64,000 bases of DNA from Candidatus Termititenax sp. (GCA_020719045.1 DYQY01000001.1:58516-122515), one strand, 5' to 3'; positions 46,536 to 60,328 are shown, counted from the stretch's first letter. Translations and numbers: made by a program. The notes: generated from the letters alone by a model not told the origin.

Positions 46536-48815
46536 ATGTTCTCAAAATTTACCCAAGAAGCCATACAAGTAATAATGTATGCTCAAGAAAAAGCAAAAAA
46601 ACTACAAATACCATTTATTAATAATGAGTTAATATTTTATGGAATCTTAAAAGTAGAAGACTCTGTTGTTATCAAGGCACTAAATAATCTCAATATTGAT
46701 ATTAATATTATTAGAAGTGTTATTCAAAAAAACATTCAAGAATATAAGGGAAACTACAAAAATGATACTATTCCCTTTTCTCCTCAAGTAAAAAGTCTTC
46801 TTTCACAAACTTGGGACGAAGCTCGTCAGCTTGGCCACAATAATGTTGCAATTGAACATTTATTTTTAGCAATCATTAAAGATTCTTCTACTGGGATTTC
46901 AACTATACTAGCAGAATCCAATATTGATTCTACTAAAATTAAAGAGGAGATTCTCTCTTTGCTTAGCGAAAACTATACTGAAGAAACTACAACAACAGAG
47001 AAAACACAAAAAAACCCAACGCCAACTCTCGATATCTATGGTCTAGATTTAACAAAACTTGCAAAAGAAAACAAGCTTGACCCTGTTATTGGTAGAACAA
47101 ATGAAATAAAAAGAATTATGCAAATTCTAAGCAGAAGAACCAAAAATAATCCAGTACTAACAGGTGAGGCTGGAGTAGGTAAAACTGCTATCGTTGAAGG
47201 GCTTGCACAGCTAATAGTGAACGGCGAAGTTCCTCCAAATCTTCTCAATAAAAGAGTAATAACTCTAGACCTTGGTCTATTGGTTGCGGGAACAAGATTT
47301 AGAGGTGAATTTGAAGAAAGAATCAAAAAAATTATTGAAGAGGTAAAAAACGATAACACTACTATTCTATTTATTGATGAAATCCATACTATTATCGGAA
47401 CTGGAAACTCAGAAGGTTCGCTGGATGCAGCCAATATGATGAAGCCATCCTTAGCAAGAGGTGAAATACAGTGTATTGGAGCAACAACTATTAACGAATA
47501 CAGAAAGTCTATTGAGAACGACGCTGCGCTTGAAAGAAGATTTCAATCTATCTTTATAGACCCACCTTCTGAGGAAGACACTCTAAGTATTTTAAAAGGA
47601 ATAAGAACAAAATACGAAGAATATCACAAAGTTAAAATAACAGACGAAGCACTTGAAAGTGCTGTGCATTATTCCATAAGATACATAACCAACAGACAAC
47701 TACCAGATAAGGCTGTTGACTTAATTGATGAAGCAGCTTCAACAGAGATGCTAGAGGCATCTAAAACAACTCCTCCTGAAGGTAAGGATAGAATTATATC
47801 AGTAACTACCTCCTCCATTATTAATGTGGTTTCTACTTGGACCGGAATACCGCTTCAAGACTTATCTACCTCAGAAGCAATTAGGCTAAAAAAAATGGCT
47901 GAAGAGCTAGCTGTTAAGGTAGTAGGTCAAACAGAAGCTATTCACTCGCTTGCCAAAGCAATTAAAAGATCAAAGGCTGGTCTCAAGGACCCTAAAAGAC
48001 CTACTGGCTCATTTCTATTCCTTGGACCTAGTGGTGTAGGAAAAACTGAACTAGCTAAACAGTTAGCTATCTATTTATTTGGTAAAGAAGATTCGATTAT
48101 TAGAATTGACATGAGCGAATACACAGAGAAGCACACTACTTCTAGGCTAATCGGTTCTCCTCCTGGCTATGTTGGCTATAATGAGGGCGGTTTATTAACT
48201 GAACCTGTTAGACAAAAACCTTTCTCTATTGTCTTATTTGATGAAATAGAAAAAGCCCATCCAGAGGTTCTTAATCTTCTACTGCAGGTAATGGAAGACG
48301 GTAGATTAACAGATTCTACAGGTAAGCTAATAGATTTTAAAAATACTATTATCCTAATGACTTCCAATGTTGGAGCAAAAACTATTGAAAATAACACTAG
48401 TTTTGGTTTTAAAACCAACACCTCTGAAAAAGCTGATTATGAAAGAATGAAAGAAAAAATTATGGCTGACATTAAAGAAACATTCAGACCTGAATTTATA
48501 AATCGTGTTGATGATGTAATAGTTTTTACCTCTCTTACCAAAGAAAATCTTGAAGAAATTGGTCAACTATTTATTGATGATATAAATAAAAGAGTTAAAT
48601 CGAAAGAAATAACAATTAAAGTATCACCAAAAGCAAGAGCATGGATAATCGACAAATCTTTTGAAGCAAACAAAGGCGCCAGACCTATCAGAAAAGCCAT
48701 TCAAGAATACATAGAAGACCCTATTTCTGATCTTTTAATTGATAGAGACCTAACACCTGGCTCAGCTATTAGTGTGGGCTTAAAAGACGATAAACTAACT
48801 TATTCGAAAAAATAA
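46536..48815 (+). CDS. clpC: Clp protease ATP-binding subunit (ClpC-like, no M-domain)
   Basis: Clp-N repeats, GEAGVGKT and GPSGVGKT Walker A motifs, [15 protein letters not shown] loop. Confidence 0.9.
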   Translation: MFSKFTQEAIQVIMYAQEKAKKLQIPFINNELIFYGILKVEDSVVIKALNNLNIDINIIRSVIQKNIQEYKGNYKNDTIPFSPQVKSLLSQTWDEARQLGHNNVAIEHLFLAIIKDSSTGISTILAESNIDSTKIKEEILSLLSENYTEETTTTEKTQKNPTPTLDIYGLDLTKLAKENKLDPVIGRTNEIKRIMQILSRRTKNNPVLTGEAGVGKTAIVEGLAQLIVNGEVPPNLLNKRVITLDLGLLVAGTRFRGEFEERIKKIIEEVKNDNTTILFIDEIHTIIGTGNSEGSLDAANMMKPSLARGEIQCIGATTINEYRKSIENDAALERRFQSIFIDPPSEEDTLSILKGIRTKYEEYHKVKITDEALESAVHYSIRYITNRQLPDKAVDLIDEAASTEMLEASKTTPPEGKDRIISVTTSSIINVVSTWTGIPLQDLSTSEAIRLKKMAEELAVKVVGQTEAIHSLAKAIKRSKAGLKDPKRPTGSFLFLGPSGVGKTELAKQLAIYLFGKEDSIIRIDMSEYTEKHTTSRLIGSPPGYVGYNEGGLLTEPVRQKPFSIVLFDEIEKAHPEVLNLLLQVMEDGRLTDSTGKLIDFKNTIILMTSNVGAKTIENNTSFGFKTNTSEKADYERMKEKIMADIKETFRPEFINRVDDVIVFTSLTKENLEEIGQLFIDDINKRVKSKEITIKVSPKARAWIIDKSFEANKGARPIRKAIQEYIEDPISDLLIDRDLTPGSAISVGLKDDKLTYSKK

Positions 48816-48819
48816 AAAG

Positions 48820-48896
48820 TGGTGCGCCTGGAGGAATTCGAATCCCCGGCCTTCTGTTCCGTAGACAGACGCTCTATCCAGCTGAGCTACAGGCGC
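48820..48896 (-). tRNA. tRNA-Arg (ACG)
   Basis: GCGCCTG acceptor stem, TAGCTCAGCTGGATAGAG D-arm, TCTGT-CTACGGA-ACAGA anticodon arm, GATTCGAATTC T-arm, encoded CCA. Confidence 0.97.
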
Positions 48897-48899
48897 ATT

Positions 48900-49115
48900 T
48901 TAAATAAACCCTTGATCCTTCATGGCTTGAATTAAGTCCATTGATCTTTTAAACTTCAACATTACTTCCCTTTGCTCTTTTGACAAAGGTTCTTTGTTCT
49001 TAATCATTTCTTTTAACTTAAGAATCTTTGGCTTTGCTAGCGCTATATTTTCTTTTAGCTCAGCAAGTGCTTCTTGAAGTTCTCTTTTCTCTTCTTCAGT
49101 TAAAGATTGCCCCAT
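48900..49115 (-). CDS. Small helical, charged hypothetical protein
   Basis: 71-aa ORF overlapping the lepB end, with SD-like aggtagag. Confidence 0.6.
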   Translation of the reverse strand: MGQSLTEEEKRELQEALAELKENIALAKPKILKLKEMIKNKEPLSKEQREVMLKFKRSMDLIQAMKDQGFI

Positions 49116-49827
49116 AACTCTCTACCTTCTTTGCCCTATTAATTGGCCAAAAAACAAACAATGCTTTTCCTAACAAATTTTCTTCTGGTACTGGCCCCCA
49201 ATAGCGACTATCACTACTTCTTGGTCTATTATCTCCTATCATAAAATAGCATTTATCAGGAACTATTACAGGCCCAAACTCAAAATAATCTCTATTAACC
49301 GGAAATGGTTCTTGTAGTTTCTTTCCATTAATATAAATAAACCCATCCTTTATCTCTAACACTTCACCCGGTAACCCAAGTATTCTTTTAACGTACTTCT
49401 CGCCCAATAGCTGCGGTGGCTCAAAATAACTTGTTCTTCGCTTATCACCTGCAAAAGAATATTCTCTACCCCAAACAGGCTCCTCTGGTGGAAAAAACAC
49501 TACTATATCATATCTGTTTAATTTATAGTCCCGTTTATAATAGTACTGATTGTCTGAAAAAGGCATGTTTGCCCTATATAAAGGGTTTGGCATTAAAAGC
49601 ATTATACTCTTCTTCTTTTTCGCATTATAAAGTGGGTTTTGTACTCCAAAAGAAAGTCTATTTACTACCAATCTATCTCCCACCTCAAAATAAGGTATCA
49701 TTGATCCTGTTGGTATTAATTGAAACTCTAAAAAAAATTCCTTTATAAAAAAAGCAATAAGGACAGCTATAATAACTGTCCCTATAAAATGTAATGCTTT
49801 AAGAATGGCTTCTTTTAAGTAGCCCAT
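49096..49827 (-). CDS. lepB: Signal peptidase I
   Basis: IPTGSM, YVKRILG and GDNRPRSSDSRYWG. Confidence 0.93.
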   Translation of the reverse strand: MGYLKEAILKALHFIGTVIIAVLIAFFIKEFFLEFQLIPTGSMIPYFEVGDRLVVNRLSFGVQNPLYNAKKKKSIMLLMPNPLYRANMPFSDNQYYYKRDYKLNRYDIVVFFPPEEPVWGREYSFAGDKRRTSYFEPPQLLGEKYVKRILGLPGEVLEIKDGFIYINGKKLQEPFPVNRDYFEFGPVIVPDKCYFMIGDNRPRSSDSRYWGPVPEENLLGKALFVFWPINRAKKVESYGAIFN

Positions 49828-49829
49828 TA

Positions 49830-50189
49830 TTAATTAAATCTTGGATCTCTGGCCTTTATCTTGTTAGCCTTGCTTCCTACTCTGTCTCTTAAATAGAACA
49901 ACTTAGCTTTTCTGGCCTTACCTTCTCTTAATACTGTAATTTCAGTAATCTTTGGTGAATGAATTAGATATGTTTTCTCAACACCTACGCCACCTACAAC
50001 TTTTCTAACTGTAAATGCCTTTGTAATCCCTCCGCCTTGTATTCTTGTTACTACGCCCTCAAAAGGCTGTATTCTTTCTTTTTTACCTTCAATAATTTTG
50101 TAAAATACCTTTATAGTATCTCCAATATTGAAGTCTACAACGTTTTCTTTCATCTGTTCTTTTTCTATTTCCTGTATTACATTACTCAC
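49830..50189 (-). CDS. rplS: 50S ribosomal protein L19
   Basis: GDTIKV, ERIQPFEG, GVGVE and AKLFYLRDR. Confidence 0.97.
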   Translation of the reverse strand: MSNVIQEIEKEQMKENVVDFNIGDTIKVFYKIIEGKKERIQPFEGVVTRIQGGGITKAFTVRKVVGGVGVEKTYLIHSPKITEITVLREGKARKAKLFYLRDRVGSKANKIKARDPRFN

Positions 50190-50923
50190 GCTATTCCATC
50201 CTCCTTTAAAAAATCCTTTAGGATTTTTGTTTCTTCATTATTAAATTTATATTGCGCTAAAACACTAGGTCTATGCACAAGGCTGTTCATTATAGCACTT
50301 TTTTTCTTCCAATGCTCTATTTTTTTATGATCGCCGGACAATAATACCTCAGGAACCTGTCTTTCGTCAAACTCTCTAGGCCTAGTATACACATCCCAAT
50401 CCAGTAAACCACTTGAAAAAGAATCCTCAGTAGCAGAAAGATCATTTCCTAAAACACCTGGAATAAGCCTAACTAAAGCATCGGCAATTACCATCGCAGG
50501 AAGCTCTCCACCCGTTAAAATAAAGTCTCCTATTGATATTTCATCATCTATATAACCCTCTATTCTACTATCTATTCCCTCATAATGACCTGAAATAATT
50601 ATCACTTTATCTTTAGCTAATAACTGCTGCAATTTAGCATAATTTAAAGTTCTTCCCTTTGGAGAGGTCATAACAACATAGGTGTTTTCTGTTTTTAACT
50701 CATCTAAAAATAGTTTCACTGGCTCAACTCTTATTACCATGCCAGTAGCACCACCAAAAGGAATATCATCTACTTTATTGTGTTTATTATTTGCTTTTTC
50801 TCTAATATTATAAACATTTAAAGACACCTTTTTCTCGCTCTGGGCTCTTCCAAGTATACTTTCTGAAAAATATGTTTTTACAACTTCTGGAAATAAAGTT
50901 AAAACTGATATTTCTTTTATCAT
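50186..50923 (-). CDS. trmD: tRNA (guanine37-N1)-methyltransferase
   Basis: VDDIPFGG, GHYEGID, SIGDFILTGGE and VPEVLLSGDH. Confidence 0.97.
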   Translation of the reverse strand: MIKEISVLTLFPEVVKTYFSESILGRAQSEKKVSLNVYNIREKANNKHNKVDDIPFGGATGMVIRVEPVKLFLDELKTENTYVVMTSPKGRTLNYAKLQQLLAKDKVIIISGHYEGIDSRIEGYIDDEISIGDFILTGGELPAMVIADALVRLIPGVLGNDLSATEDSFSSGLLDWDVYTRPREFDERQVPEVLLSGDHKKIEHWKKKSAIMNSLVHRPSVLAQYKFNNEETKILKDFLKEDGIA

Positions 50924-51411
50924 TTATCGTATTCTGGCGTATTTATCTTAACAACTTTACTTTCTTCATCAACATCAAGAATAAAATCCTCAACCACTGG
51001 AACTAATATCTCACTTGCTCCTTGAACAACTAACACATCATTGGCGCCTGTAAATAATATATCCTCTATAACTCCTACAGGTTTATCGTTCTCATCAATT
51101 ACTTGATAACCAATCCACTGTTCTGTAAAATATATTCCTTCTTCTTTGAAATAATCTAAAGCTATTTTTGAATCAACAGCTAGCTCCTCATCTCTTAATT
51201 CCTCAGCAACATCCATATCATTAATACCAACTAATTTTAGAATAAAACCTTGCTTATAGTCTTTAATATAGGAAACTTTGAGCTTATTTTCTTGAAGATA
51301 AAAAAAATTTTGAGTAACTAACAATGGAGCAAAAACTTCTTTAATCGGAAGTAGTTTAATTTCTCCTTTTACGCCATGTGGTTTTATTATTCTAGCAACA
51401 GGAAAAAACAA
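50920..51411 (-). CDS. rimM: 16S rRNA processing protein RimM
   Basis: KPHGVKGE, TGANDVL and PRC-barrel. Confidence 0.93.
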   Translation of the reverse strand: MFFPVARIIKPHGVKGEIKLLPIKEVFAPLLVTQNFFYLQENKLKVSYIKDYKQGFILKLVGINDMDVAEELRDEELAVDSKIALDYFKEEGIYFTEQWIGYQVIDENDKPVGVIEDILFTGANDVLVVQGASEILVPVVEDFILDVDEESKVVKINTPEYDK

Positions 51412-51431
51412 GGTTTAAAAGAGCAGGATAA

Positions 51432-51857
51432 TTAGTCCTGCTCTCCTTTAATGTCTTGAACAACACCGTCTTTTACAATTATTTCTAATGCTCCAAGTTT
51501 CTGATATAAGTTGTCGCCTGTTTTAACAGTCGTAAAACCATCAATTGTTCCTTGGATAAACTCAGTGTCTAATTGAAGGTTTTTAGCATCTCCAATTCTT
51601 TTTTGAAGGTCAGCAATTGTGTTTTCTTGCTGTTGTTTTTCGATTTGAAGTTGCTGGTTAATCATTTTAACTTGATCAGCTGCTCCGCTTTTTTCTAACG
51701 ATGTAATAAGATCTTTAGCTTGCTTTTCAATATCTGTTAGCTTTCTTTGTAAGTCTTTAATTGATGTCTCTAACTCATATGTTAGATACTTCTTAAAATC
51801 TTCTGTAACAATTGCTTTTATAGTTACGGTTCTCTTTAAAGTAACAGATTTTGCCAT
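51432..51857 (-). CDS. YlqD family coiled-coil protein
   Basis: LKRTVTIKAIVTE..QGTIDGF..VKTGDNL..IIVKDGVV; found between khpA and rimM. Confidence 0.75.
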   Translation of the reverse strand: MAKSVTLKRTVTIKAIVTEDFKKYLTYELETSIKDLQRKLTDIEKQAKDLITSLEKSGAADQVKMINQQLQIEKQQQENTIADLQKRIGDAKNLQLDTEFIQGTIDGFTTVKTGDNLYQKLGALEIIVKDGVVQDIKGEQD

Positions 51858-51867
51858 TTTAAGCTCC

Positions 51868-52101
51868 TTACTTAGTTATAATCTCAACTGTTACTTTTTT
51901 GCCTTGCTTTGCAGCAGCAGCTTTTACAACAGTTCTTATAGCATTTGCTATTCTTCCTTCTTTACCAATAACTTTGCCAACATCATCTTGACTTACTTTT
52001 ATCTCAAGAATGATTATGCTTTCTCCAACAGTTTCTTTAATATCTACTTCTTCTGGATTATCGACAAGTGCCTTTGTTAGTAATTCTAATAAATCTTTCA
52101 T
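51868..52101 (-). CDS. khpA: KH-domain RNA-binding protein KhpA
   Basis: LVDNPEEV..DVGKVIGKEGRIANAIRTVV. Confidence 0.92.
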   Translation of the reverse strand: MKDLLELLTKALVDNPEEVDIKETVGESIIILEIKVSQDDVGKVIGKEGRIANAIRTVVKAAAAKQGKKVTVEIITK

Positions 52102-52127
52102 CGTTCTTCCTCCTACGTTGTAATTAC

Positions 52128-52460
52128 TTAAGCTTCTTCTGCTGCTTTTTTAGTTGTTTTTTTTGCTGGCTCTTTTACTGCTTCTTTGCTTGCTGGAGCA
52201 ACTTTTTGTTTTTTTGCTTGAATATAGCCCTTATTAATTAGTAGTCTTTCAACTGTTTCTGTTGGCTGAGCACCATTACCTAACCACTGCTTCACCTTTT
52301 CATCATCTAACTCAAGAACCATAGGTTCAGACAAAGGATTGTATTGACCAATAATATCAATAGTCTTTCCATCTCTTGCTGTTCTAGAATCTTGGATAAC
52401 AACCCTGTAAACAGGTTTCTTCGCTCTTCCTCTTCTTTGTAACTTAATCTTTACTGTCAT
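52128..52460 (-). CDS. rpsP: 30S ribosomal protein S16
   Basis: VKIKLQRRG..YRVV..RDG..GAQPTETV; ATG 52460 after SD ggaggtg. Confidence 0.96.
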   Translation of the reverse strand: MTVKIKLQRRGRAKKPVYRVVIQDSRTARDGKTIDIIGQYNPLSEPMVLELDDEKVKQWLGNGAQPTETVERLLINKGYIQAKKQKVAPASKEAVKEPAKKTTKKAAEEA

Positions 52461-52645
52461 CTGCTTCTTCACCTCCGTTTAAACTGTTACTGTGTTGTGT
52501 TTTGACACAAGGACATTAATTATAACTTAACATTCTACACTTAATTAATAAAAGGAGCAACAATATTTGACGCACCATAATTTTGTTGGGAATCCATAAT
52601 TTTAGTTACGATAATACTATATATTTAAATATCAGGAGTCGTGTA

Positions 52646-53563
52646 ATGAACTTAAAAATAATCGCCATTAATCCAGCTAAAAAAGCTATATTATTCATAA
52701 AACCTACTGTTACTGTTAATGAAAAAGCTATTACTAAAGCGTGGGCGCTATTAGACAAATATGGGATAAAAAAAATTACAGAACCTAAAACTTTCATAGG
52801 AGCTGAAATTGATGCACAACAATTAATACAAAGACATTATGGTGCTCATTACCAAAATACTATTAAAAAACCTTCAGAATTCGCTTTAAATGATGCTGAT
52901 AGGCTAAGGTTTCTTAAAACTTTTGGTTTATCTTTTGAGGAAGCTATTAAGCAAAATAAAATCAAAAGTGGCTATGGTTTTATGGAAGAATTCAGCTTAT
53001 CGGCTATTGCTCTAAACGACCTTTGGACACAATCAAAGAATGTTACAAAGATTGCTGGCGTCAGATTTGGAACTATTAAGCACAATAACATAGATTATAT
53101 TGTTACAAATGCCTTTATACCAAAACTACTAGAAGTATTTACAATGCCAAACGCATCTATCCTCCTGACTGAAGTTTCCTTCTCTGGAACATGGCAATCC
53201 TTTAGAGCTAAGCTCATGGAAATACGTAACGAATTAAAAGCTTTGTCAAACGAATACGGGATAATTATTGATGGTATGAATAATGGTCTACACGCTAGTG
53301 CTTCACCCTTTGAAGCAATGCTTGAGCGCTGGATTTGGAACGACCCTACAAAAAACACACACTTTCTTAAAACAGATGTTTTTGGAAAACAACTAATTGA
53401 AAAAGGTATCTCCCTTGAAACAATCCTTGCGTGGAGCAAATGCCCGTTTATCCAATATCAAGGTAATCTAACCCCTTTGTTTGACACTATTGAAGATAAG
53501 GATCCTGATGAAGCTATTCGAATTCTATTAGAAATACAAGCCGAAAATAAAACTGTACGCTAG
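52646..53563 (+). CDS. Nucleoside-diphosphate-kinase-like protein resembling the protist family
   Basis: LFIKP at the N-terminus, IQRHY, NGLHASASPFEA..ERWIW and LFDTIEDKD; ATG 52646 after SD aggag. Confidence 0.55.
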   Translation: MNLKIIAINPAKKAILFIKPTVTVNEKAITKAWALLDKYGIKKITEPKTFIGAEIDAQQLIQRHYGAHYQNTIKKPSEFALNDADRLRFLKTFGLSFEEAIKQNKIKSGYGFMEEFSLSAIALNDLWTQSKNVTKIAGVRFGTIKHNNIDYIVTNAFIPKLLEVFTMPNASILLTEVSFSGTWQSFRAKLMEIRNELKALSNEYGIIIDGMNNGLHASASPFEAMLERWIWNDPTKNTHFLKTDVFGKQLIEKGISLETILAWSKCPFIQYQGNLTPLFDTIEDKDPDEAIRILLEIQAENKTVR

Positions 53564-54663
53564 ACGTTAAACTTAAAAACAACAACGTCACCATCGTGCA
53601 TAATATATTCTTTGCCTTCGAGCCTAACCGTACCATTCTCTTTGGCTTTTGCCATGCTTCCTGCTGATTTTAGGTCCTCATAGGCTACTATTTCTGCCTT
53701 AATAAACCCTCTTTCAAAATCAGTGTGAATTACTCCGGCTGCTCCAGGAGCTTTTGTTCCTTTTCTAATTGTCCAGGCTCTAGTTTCCTTCTCGCCAGTT
53801 GTTAAATAGGTTATTAATCCTAACAGCTTATAGCTTGAACCTACTAATTGAGACAATCCTGATTCTTTCATGCCCATCTCTTTTAGAAACTCTTTAGCTT
53901 CTGCTTCTTCTAACTGGGATATCTCTGATTCTATTTGAGCTGAAATTACAACAACTTCATTATTCTCGCTTTTCACAAATTCTTTTACTCGTTTAACAAA
54001 GTTATTATCCTCACCACTTATAATATCTTCTTCGCTAACATTGGCTGCATAAATTACTGGCTTAAAAGTAAGCAAGCTAATTTGCCTAATCATTTTCTCT
54101 TCATCTTCGTTTAGGTCCACTGCTCTTGCCGGTTTTCCTGCTGATAATGCCTCAAAAACCCTTGAAAAACAATTAAACTGTGCTATCGCCTCTTTGTCTT
54201 GGCCACCCTTAGCTTTCTTTTGAACTGCTTGAACTCTTTTTTCTACAGTTTGTAAGTCTGCCAAAATAAGCTCTGTATTTATTACGTCTATATCCCTAAT
54301 TGGATCGACTGAGCCATCTACGTGTATTACCTGAGAATTTTCAAAACACCTTACAACATGAACGATAGCACTAACTTCTCTAATGTTAGCTAAAAACTGG
54401 TTGCCTAAACCCTCGCCTTTAGATGCACCTTTAACAAGTCCAGCAATATCAACAAACTCTATAGCTGTAGGTAGTAATTGCTTTGAACCTGAAATCATAG
54501 AAAGTACTTCTAATCTTTCGTCTGGTACAGTTACAACTCCAACATTAGGATCAATTGTACAAAAAGGATAGTTACTAGCCTCTGCTCCTGCCTTGGTTAT
54601 TGCATTAAAAAGCGTTGACTTACCAACATTCGGAAGCCCTACTATCCCTAAAGAAAAACCCAC
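53560..54663 (-). CDS. ychF: Redox-regulated ATPase YchF
   Basis: GLPNVGKST, NYPFCTIDPN, DIAGLV and TGS domain RAWTI..HTDFERGF. Confidence 0.97.
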   Translation of the reverse strand: MGFSLGIVGLPNVGKSTLFNAITKAGAEASNYPFCTIDPNVGVVTVPDERLEVLSMISGSKQLLPTAIEFVDIAGLVKGASKGEGLGNQFLANIREVSAIVHVVRCFENSQVIHVDGSVDPIRDIDVINTELILADLQTVEKRVQAVQKKAKGGQDKEAIAQFNCFSRVFEALSAGKPARAVDLNEDEEKMIRQISLLTFKPVIYAANVSEEDIISGEDNNFVKRVKEFVKSENNEVVVISAQIESEISQLEEAEAKEFLKEMGMKESGLSQLVGSSYKLLGLITYLTTGEKETRAWTIRKGTKAPGAAGVIHTDFERGFIKAEIVAYEDLKSAGSMAKAKENGTVRLEGKEYIMHDGDVVVFKFNV

Positions 54664-57129
54664 TTATTCTTGGCTCTCTTCCACGTCTTCTTCAAGAAGT
54701 TTTGCAAAAGCTACTACGCTGTCACCACCGTCTAACTTTTGAACCTTAACTCCTCTTGCAGCTCTACCTTGAGAAGAGATTGACTTAACGGCTTGTCTGG
54801 AAACAGTACCTTTAGAAGAAACAATAATTACTTCGTCATCCGGTTGAACAACAAGACCACCAGCTAGCTTATCGTCTGCTTTTAGTTTAATACCAATAAC
54901 ACCGATACCAGCTCTATTCTGGACTCTAAAGTTATTAACCTGTGTTCTCTTACCAATACCTGTTGTAGCTATCATAAGCAAGCTTTCTTTTTCTTCATCA
55001 GGATTAATAATGCTGTTACCAACTATGATATCCTTTGCTCTAAGCTTCATTCCTCGCACGCCTCTTGCTGTACGACCTACAGAACGAACTTGTTCTTCGT
55101 CAAAACGAATTACCATACCGTTACTGCTAACCATTAATACATCCATTTTTCCATTAGTAATCTCAATCCATCTTAGCTCATCACCCTCGTCTAGTGTTAT
55201 TGCGATAATACCAGTTGTTCTAATATTCTTAAAATCTGATACTTTTGATCTCTTAACAACACCATGAACTGTTGTCATTAATAAATATTGATCATCAACA
55301 TCAAAATTCTCTATTACAACACCAGTTGTGACTTTCTCTTCTTCTTTGATGTTTAGAACATTTTTAATGGAAGACCCCTTACTATAACGAGACTCTTCTG
55401 GTATGTTATAAACTTTTGTTTTATAAGCTTTACCTTCGGAAGTAAAACAAACCAGATAGCTATGTGTAGAAGTGATAACAACTTTTTCGATAATATCACC
55501 TTCTCTTGTAACCATACCGCCAATACCTCTTCCACCTCTTAGCTGTGTTCTAAAAGTATCAACTGCTAATCTCTTTACAAATCCAAACTTAGTAAAGAAA
55601 ACAGCTACCTTTTCTTCTTGAATAAGGTCTTCCATGTTAATATCCTCAAGACCATCTGCAAGCTCAGTTTTTCTTTCATCACCAAACTTTTCCTTAAGGT
55701 AAAAACAATCTGCTTTAATAATATCTAATAGTCTACTTTTCTTAGAAAGAATGTCTAACATATCAGCTATCTTCTCTAGTAATTCATTGTATTCTATTTC
55801 AATTTTTTCTCTTTCAAGGCCTGTTAATCTTTGGAGCTTCATATCCAAAATAGCTTGAGCTTGTATTTCAGACAATGCAAACCTTGCAACAAGCGCGTCT
55901 CTTGCATCTGTAGCTGTTGCGCTAGCTCTAATAAGCTCAATAACCTCATCAAGATTCTGAAGTGCAATCCTTAGACCTTCTAAAATATGTGCTCTTGCTT
56001 GTGCTTTGTTTAAATCAAACTCAACTGCTCTTTTTACAACAATAAATCTATGCTCTAAAAACTTTACAAGCATTTCCTTTAAGTTAAGCTGTTTTGGCTG
56101 ACCATTATCTAATGCAACTATGTTAATACCATAGCTCATGAACAAGCTTGTATGCTTCATTAGTAGGTTTAATACTATATCTTCATTAGCTTCCTTTTTA
56201 AGCTCAATATATATTCTCATACCTTTTCTGTCTGATTCATCTCTAAGGTCTGCGATACCGTTAAATACTTTTTCTTTAACTAAATCTGCTATTTTAATAA
56301 TCAACTGTGCTTTATTAACTGTGTATGGAAGCTCAGTTACGATTATTGCTTTTCTTTTCTTACTTTTTACTTCTTCAATATGGTATTTTGCTTGAAGTTT
56401 AATAATACCCTTGCCTGTAGTATATGCCTCAACAATACCGTTATATCCTCTAACGATACCACCTGTTGGAAAGTCTGGACCTTTGATAAAGCCCATTAAT
56501 TGCATTGGTGTTATATCTGGATTATCTATTAAAGCAACTAATCCATCTAATACCTCAGAAAGATTATGTGGAGGAATGTTTGTTGCCATACCAACTGCAA
56601 TACCTGAACTACCATTTATTAGTAAGCTTGGTAGTTTAGAAGGTAATACTTCTGGCTCACCTAGTGATTCATCAAAATTAGGTGTAAAAGCAACTGTATT
56701 CTTTTCAATATCAGCTAACATTTCAGCTGCTATTCTAGACATTCTTGCTTCTGTATACCTCATCGCAGCCGCATTATCTCCATCAACTGAACCAAAGTTA
56801 CCTTGACCATCAATCATTGGGTAACGTAATGAAAAGTCTTGCGCCATTCTAACCATAGAATCATAAACTGCAGTATCGCCGTGTGGATGATATTTACCTA
56901 AAACTTCCCCTACTACTCTGGCTGACTTTTTATAAGGTTTATCATGAGTGATTCCTTGTTCGTGCATAGCATAAAGGATTCTTCTATGAACTGGCTTTAA
57001 TCCATCTCTTACATCTGGTAACGCACGACCAACGATAACACTCATCGCATATTCGATATAAGAAGACTTCATCTCGTCTTCTATGTTCACTGGTTTAATA
57101 CTTATTGTTGAAAATAGATCTTCTTGCAT
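54664..57129 (-). CDS. gyrA: DNA gyrase subunit A
   Basis: [21 protein letters not shown] and GyrA-box QLRGGRG. Confidence 0.97.
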   Translation of the reverse strand: MQEDLFSTISIKPVNIEDEMKSSYIEYAMSVIVGRALPDVRDGLKPVHRRILYAMHEQGITHDKPYKKSARVVGEVLGKYHPHGDTAVYDSMVRMAQDFSLRYPMIDGQGNFGSVDGDNAAAMRYTEARMSRIAAEMLADIEKNTVAFTPNFDESLGEPEVLPSKLPSLLINGSSGIAVGMATNIPPHNLSEVLDGLVALIDNPDITPMQLMGFIKGPDFPTGGIVRGYNGIVEAYTTGKGIIKLQAKYHIEEVKSKKRKAIIVTELPYTVNKAQLIIKIADLVKEKVFNGIADLRDESDRKGMRIYIELKKEANEDIVLNLLMKHTSLFMSYGINIVALDNGQPKQLNLKEMLVKFLEHRFIVVKRAVEFDLNKAQARAHILEGLRIALQNLDEVIELIRASATATDARDALVARFALSEIQAQAILDMKLQRLTGLEREKIEIEYNELLEKIADMLDILSKKSRLLDIIKADCFYLKEKFGDERKTELADGLEDINMEDLIQEEKVAVFFTKFGFVKRLAVDTFRTQLRGGRGIGGMVTREGDIIEKVVITSTHSYLVCFTSEGKAYKTKVYNIPEESRYSKGSSIKNVLNIKEEEKVTTGVVIENFDVDDQYLLMTTVHGVVKRSKVSDFKNIRTTGIIAITLDEGDELRWIEITNGKMDVLMVSSNGMVIRFDEEQVRSVGRTARGVRGMKLRAKDIIVGNSIINPDEEKESLLMIATTGIGKRTQVNNFRVQNRAGIGVIGIKLKADDKLAGGLVVQPDDEVIIVSSKGTVSRQAVKSISSQGRAARGVKVQKLDGGDSVVAFAKLLEEDVEESQE

Positions 57130-57153
57130 TTATTGTTTCTTCCTTTCTATGCC

Positions 57154-59508
<2,355 letters not shown>

Positions 59509-59519
59509 TCATTCTCTCC

Positions 59520-60326
59520 TTAGCTTTGGTATAATTTGAACCATTTTTTTGGAATATTGTTCTCTAGTATTTGTTCTGTTAACTCTGAAGGCTCTATGCT
59601 TATTTTCAAAATTACTAATTCCTCTATTTTAGACTTAAAAAACTCTTTATTCGGTTTTTTGTTTTTTTGAATATCTAAATATTCATTTTCAATAATATCA
59701 CAAATTCTATTGATTTTAAACTTCTTTTCTTGCATAAATCTTTCATAATTTATGTTTTTCCTTTGATTTTGCTCAATTTCTTCATATTTAATCCATGGTG
59801 TTTCTTTTAGTATCTCTTGTGCGTTTTTCGAACAGGTTGCTTTATTTTGAGATAAACACAGTGAACAAAAGTTGTTTTTTTCAGAAATGATTGGGCTCCC
59901 GCAAGAAACACATACATGCTCATATTGTTTGGCTGACTCTAATATTATATTTTTAATTTTTTCTCTGTACTTTGGCTCACATGATTCTATATCTTGCTTT
60001 AAGCCGGTGATGTCTCTTTTCTTTTTTATTTTTGTTTTAATTTCCTCTTCACTTGTTACTGAAAACGCTACCTGAATTTTTACATCCTTTGTGGTATTAA
60101 CTATTTCTTTAGCTCTCTTAAGTATTGTATGCTTATACTGCATAAGTTGTGTTGCCCAGACATTATCTTTAACATATATAAATAATGTGTTGTTCTTATA
60201 TAACAAATCTGTTGTAACTGCTAATATTTTTTCATTAACTATTTCTTTATACGCCCTCTTTAATAAAAGACTTTCTTTAATATTTTTCAGTCCGCTTTGT
60301 AATAATACATCTTTTAATATGTTCAT
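59520..60326 (-). CDS. DUF721/DciA-like protein with zinc-ribbon and C-terminal extension
   Basis: LFIYVKDNVWATQL..; CVSCG..CSLC; located between recF and gyrB. Confidence 0.7.
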   Translation of the reverse strand: MNILKDVLLQSGLKNIKESLLLKRAYKEIVNEKILAVTTDLLYKNNTLFIYVKDNVWATQLMQYKHTILKRAKEIVNTTKDVKIQVAFSVTSEEEIKTKIKKKRDITGLKQDIESCEPKYREKIKNIILESAKQYEHVCVSCGSPIISEKNNFCSLCLSQNKATCSKNAQEILKETPWIKYEEIEQNQRKNINYERFMQEKKFKINRICDIIENEYLDIQKNKKPNKEFFKSKIEELVILKISIEPSELTEQILENNIPKKWFKLYQS

Positions 60327-60328
60327 AT

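Noticed and set aside
56860-56900. Thr at the GyrA Ser83-equivalent position (HGDTAVYD)
   Set aside because: Thr is the wild-type residue in several lineages, so this is not evidence of quinolone resistance
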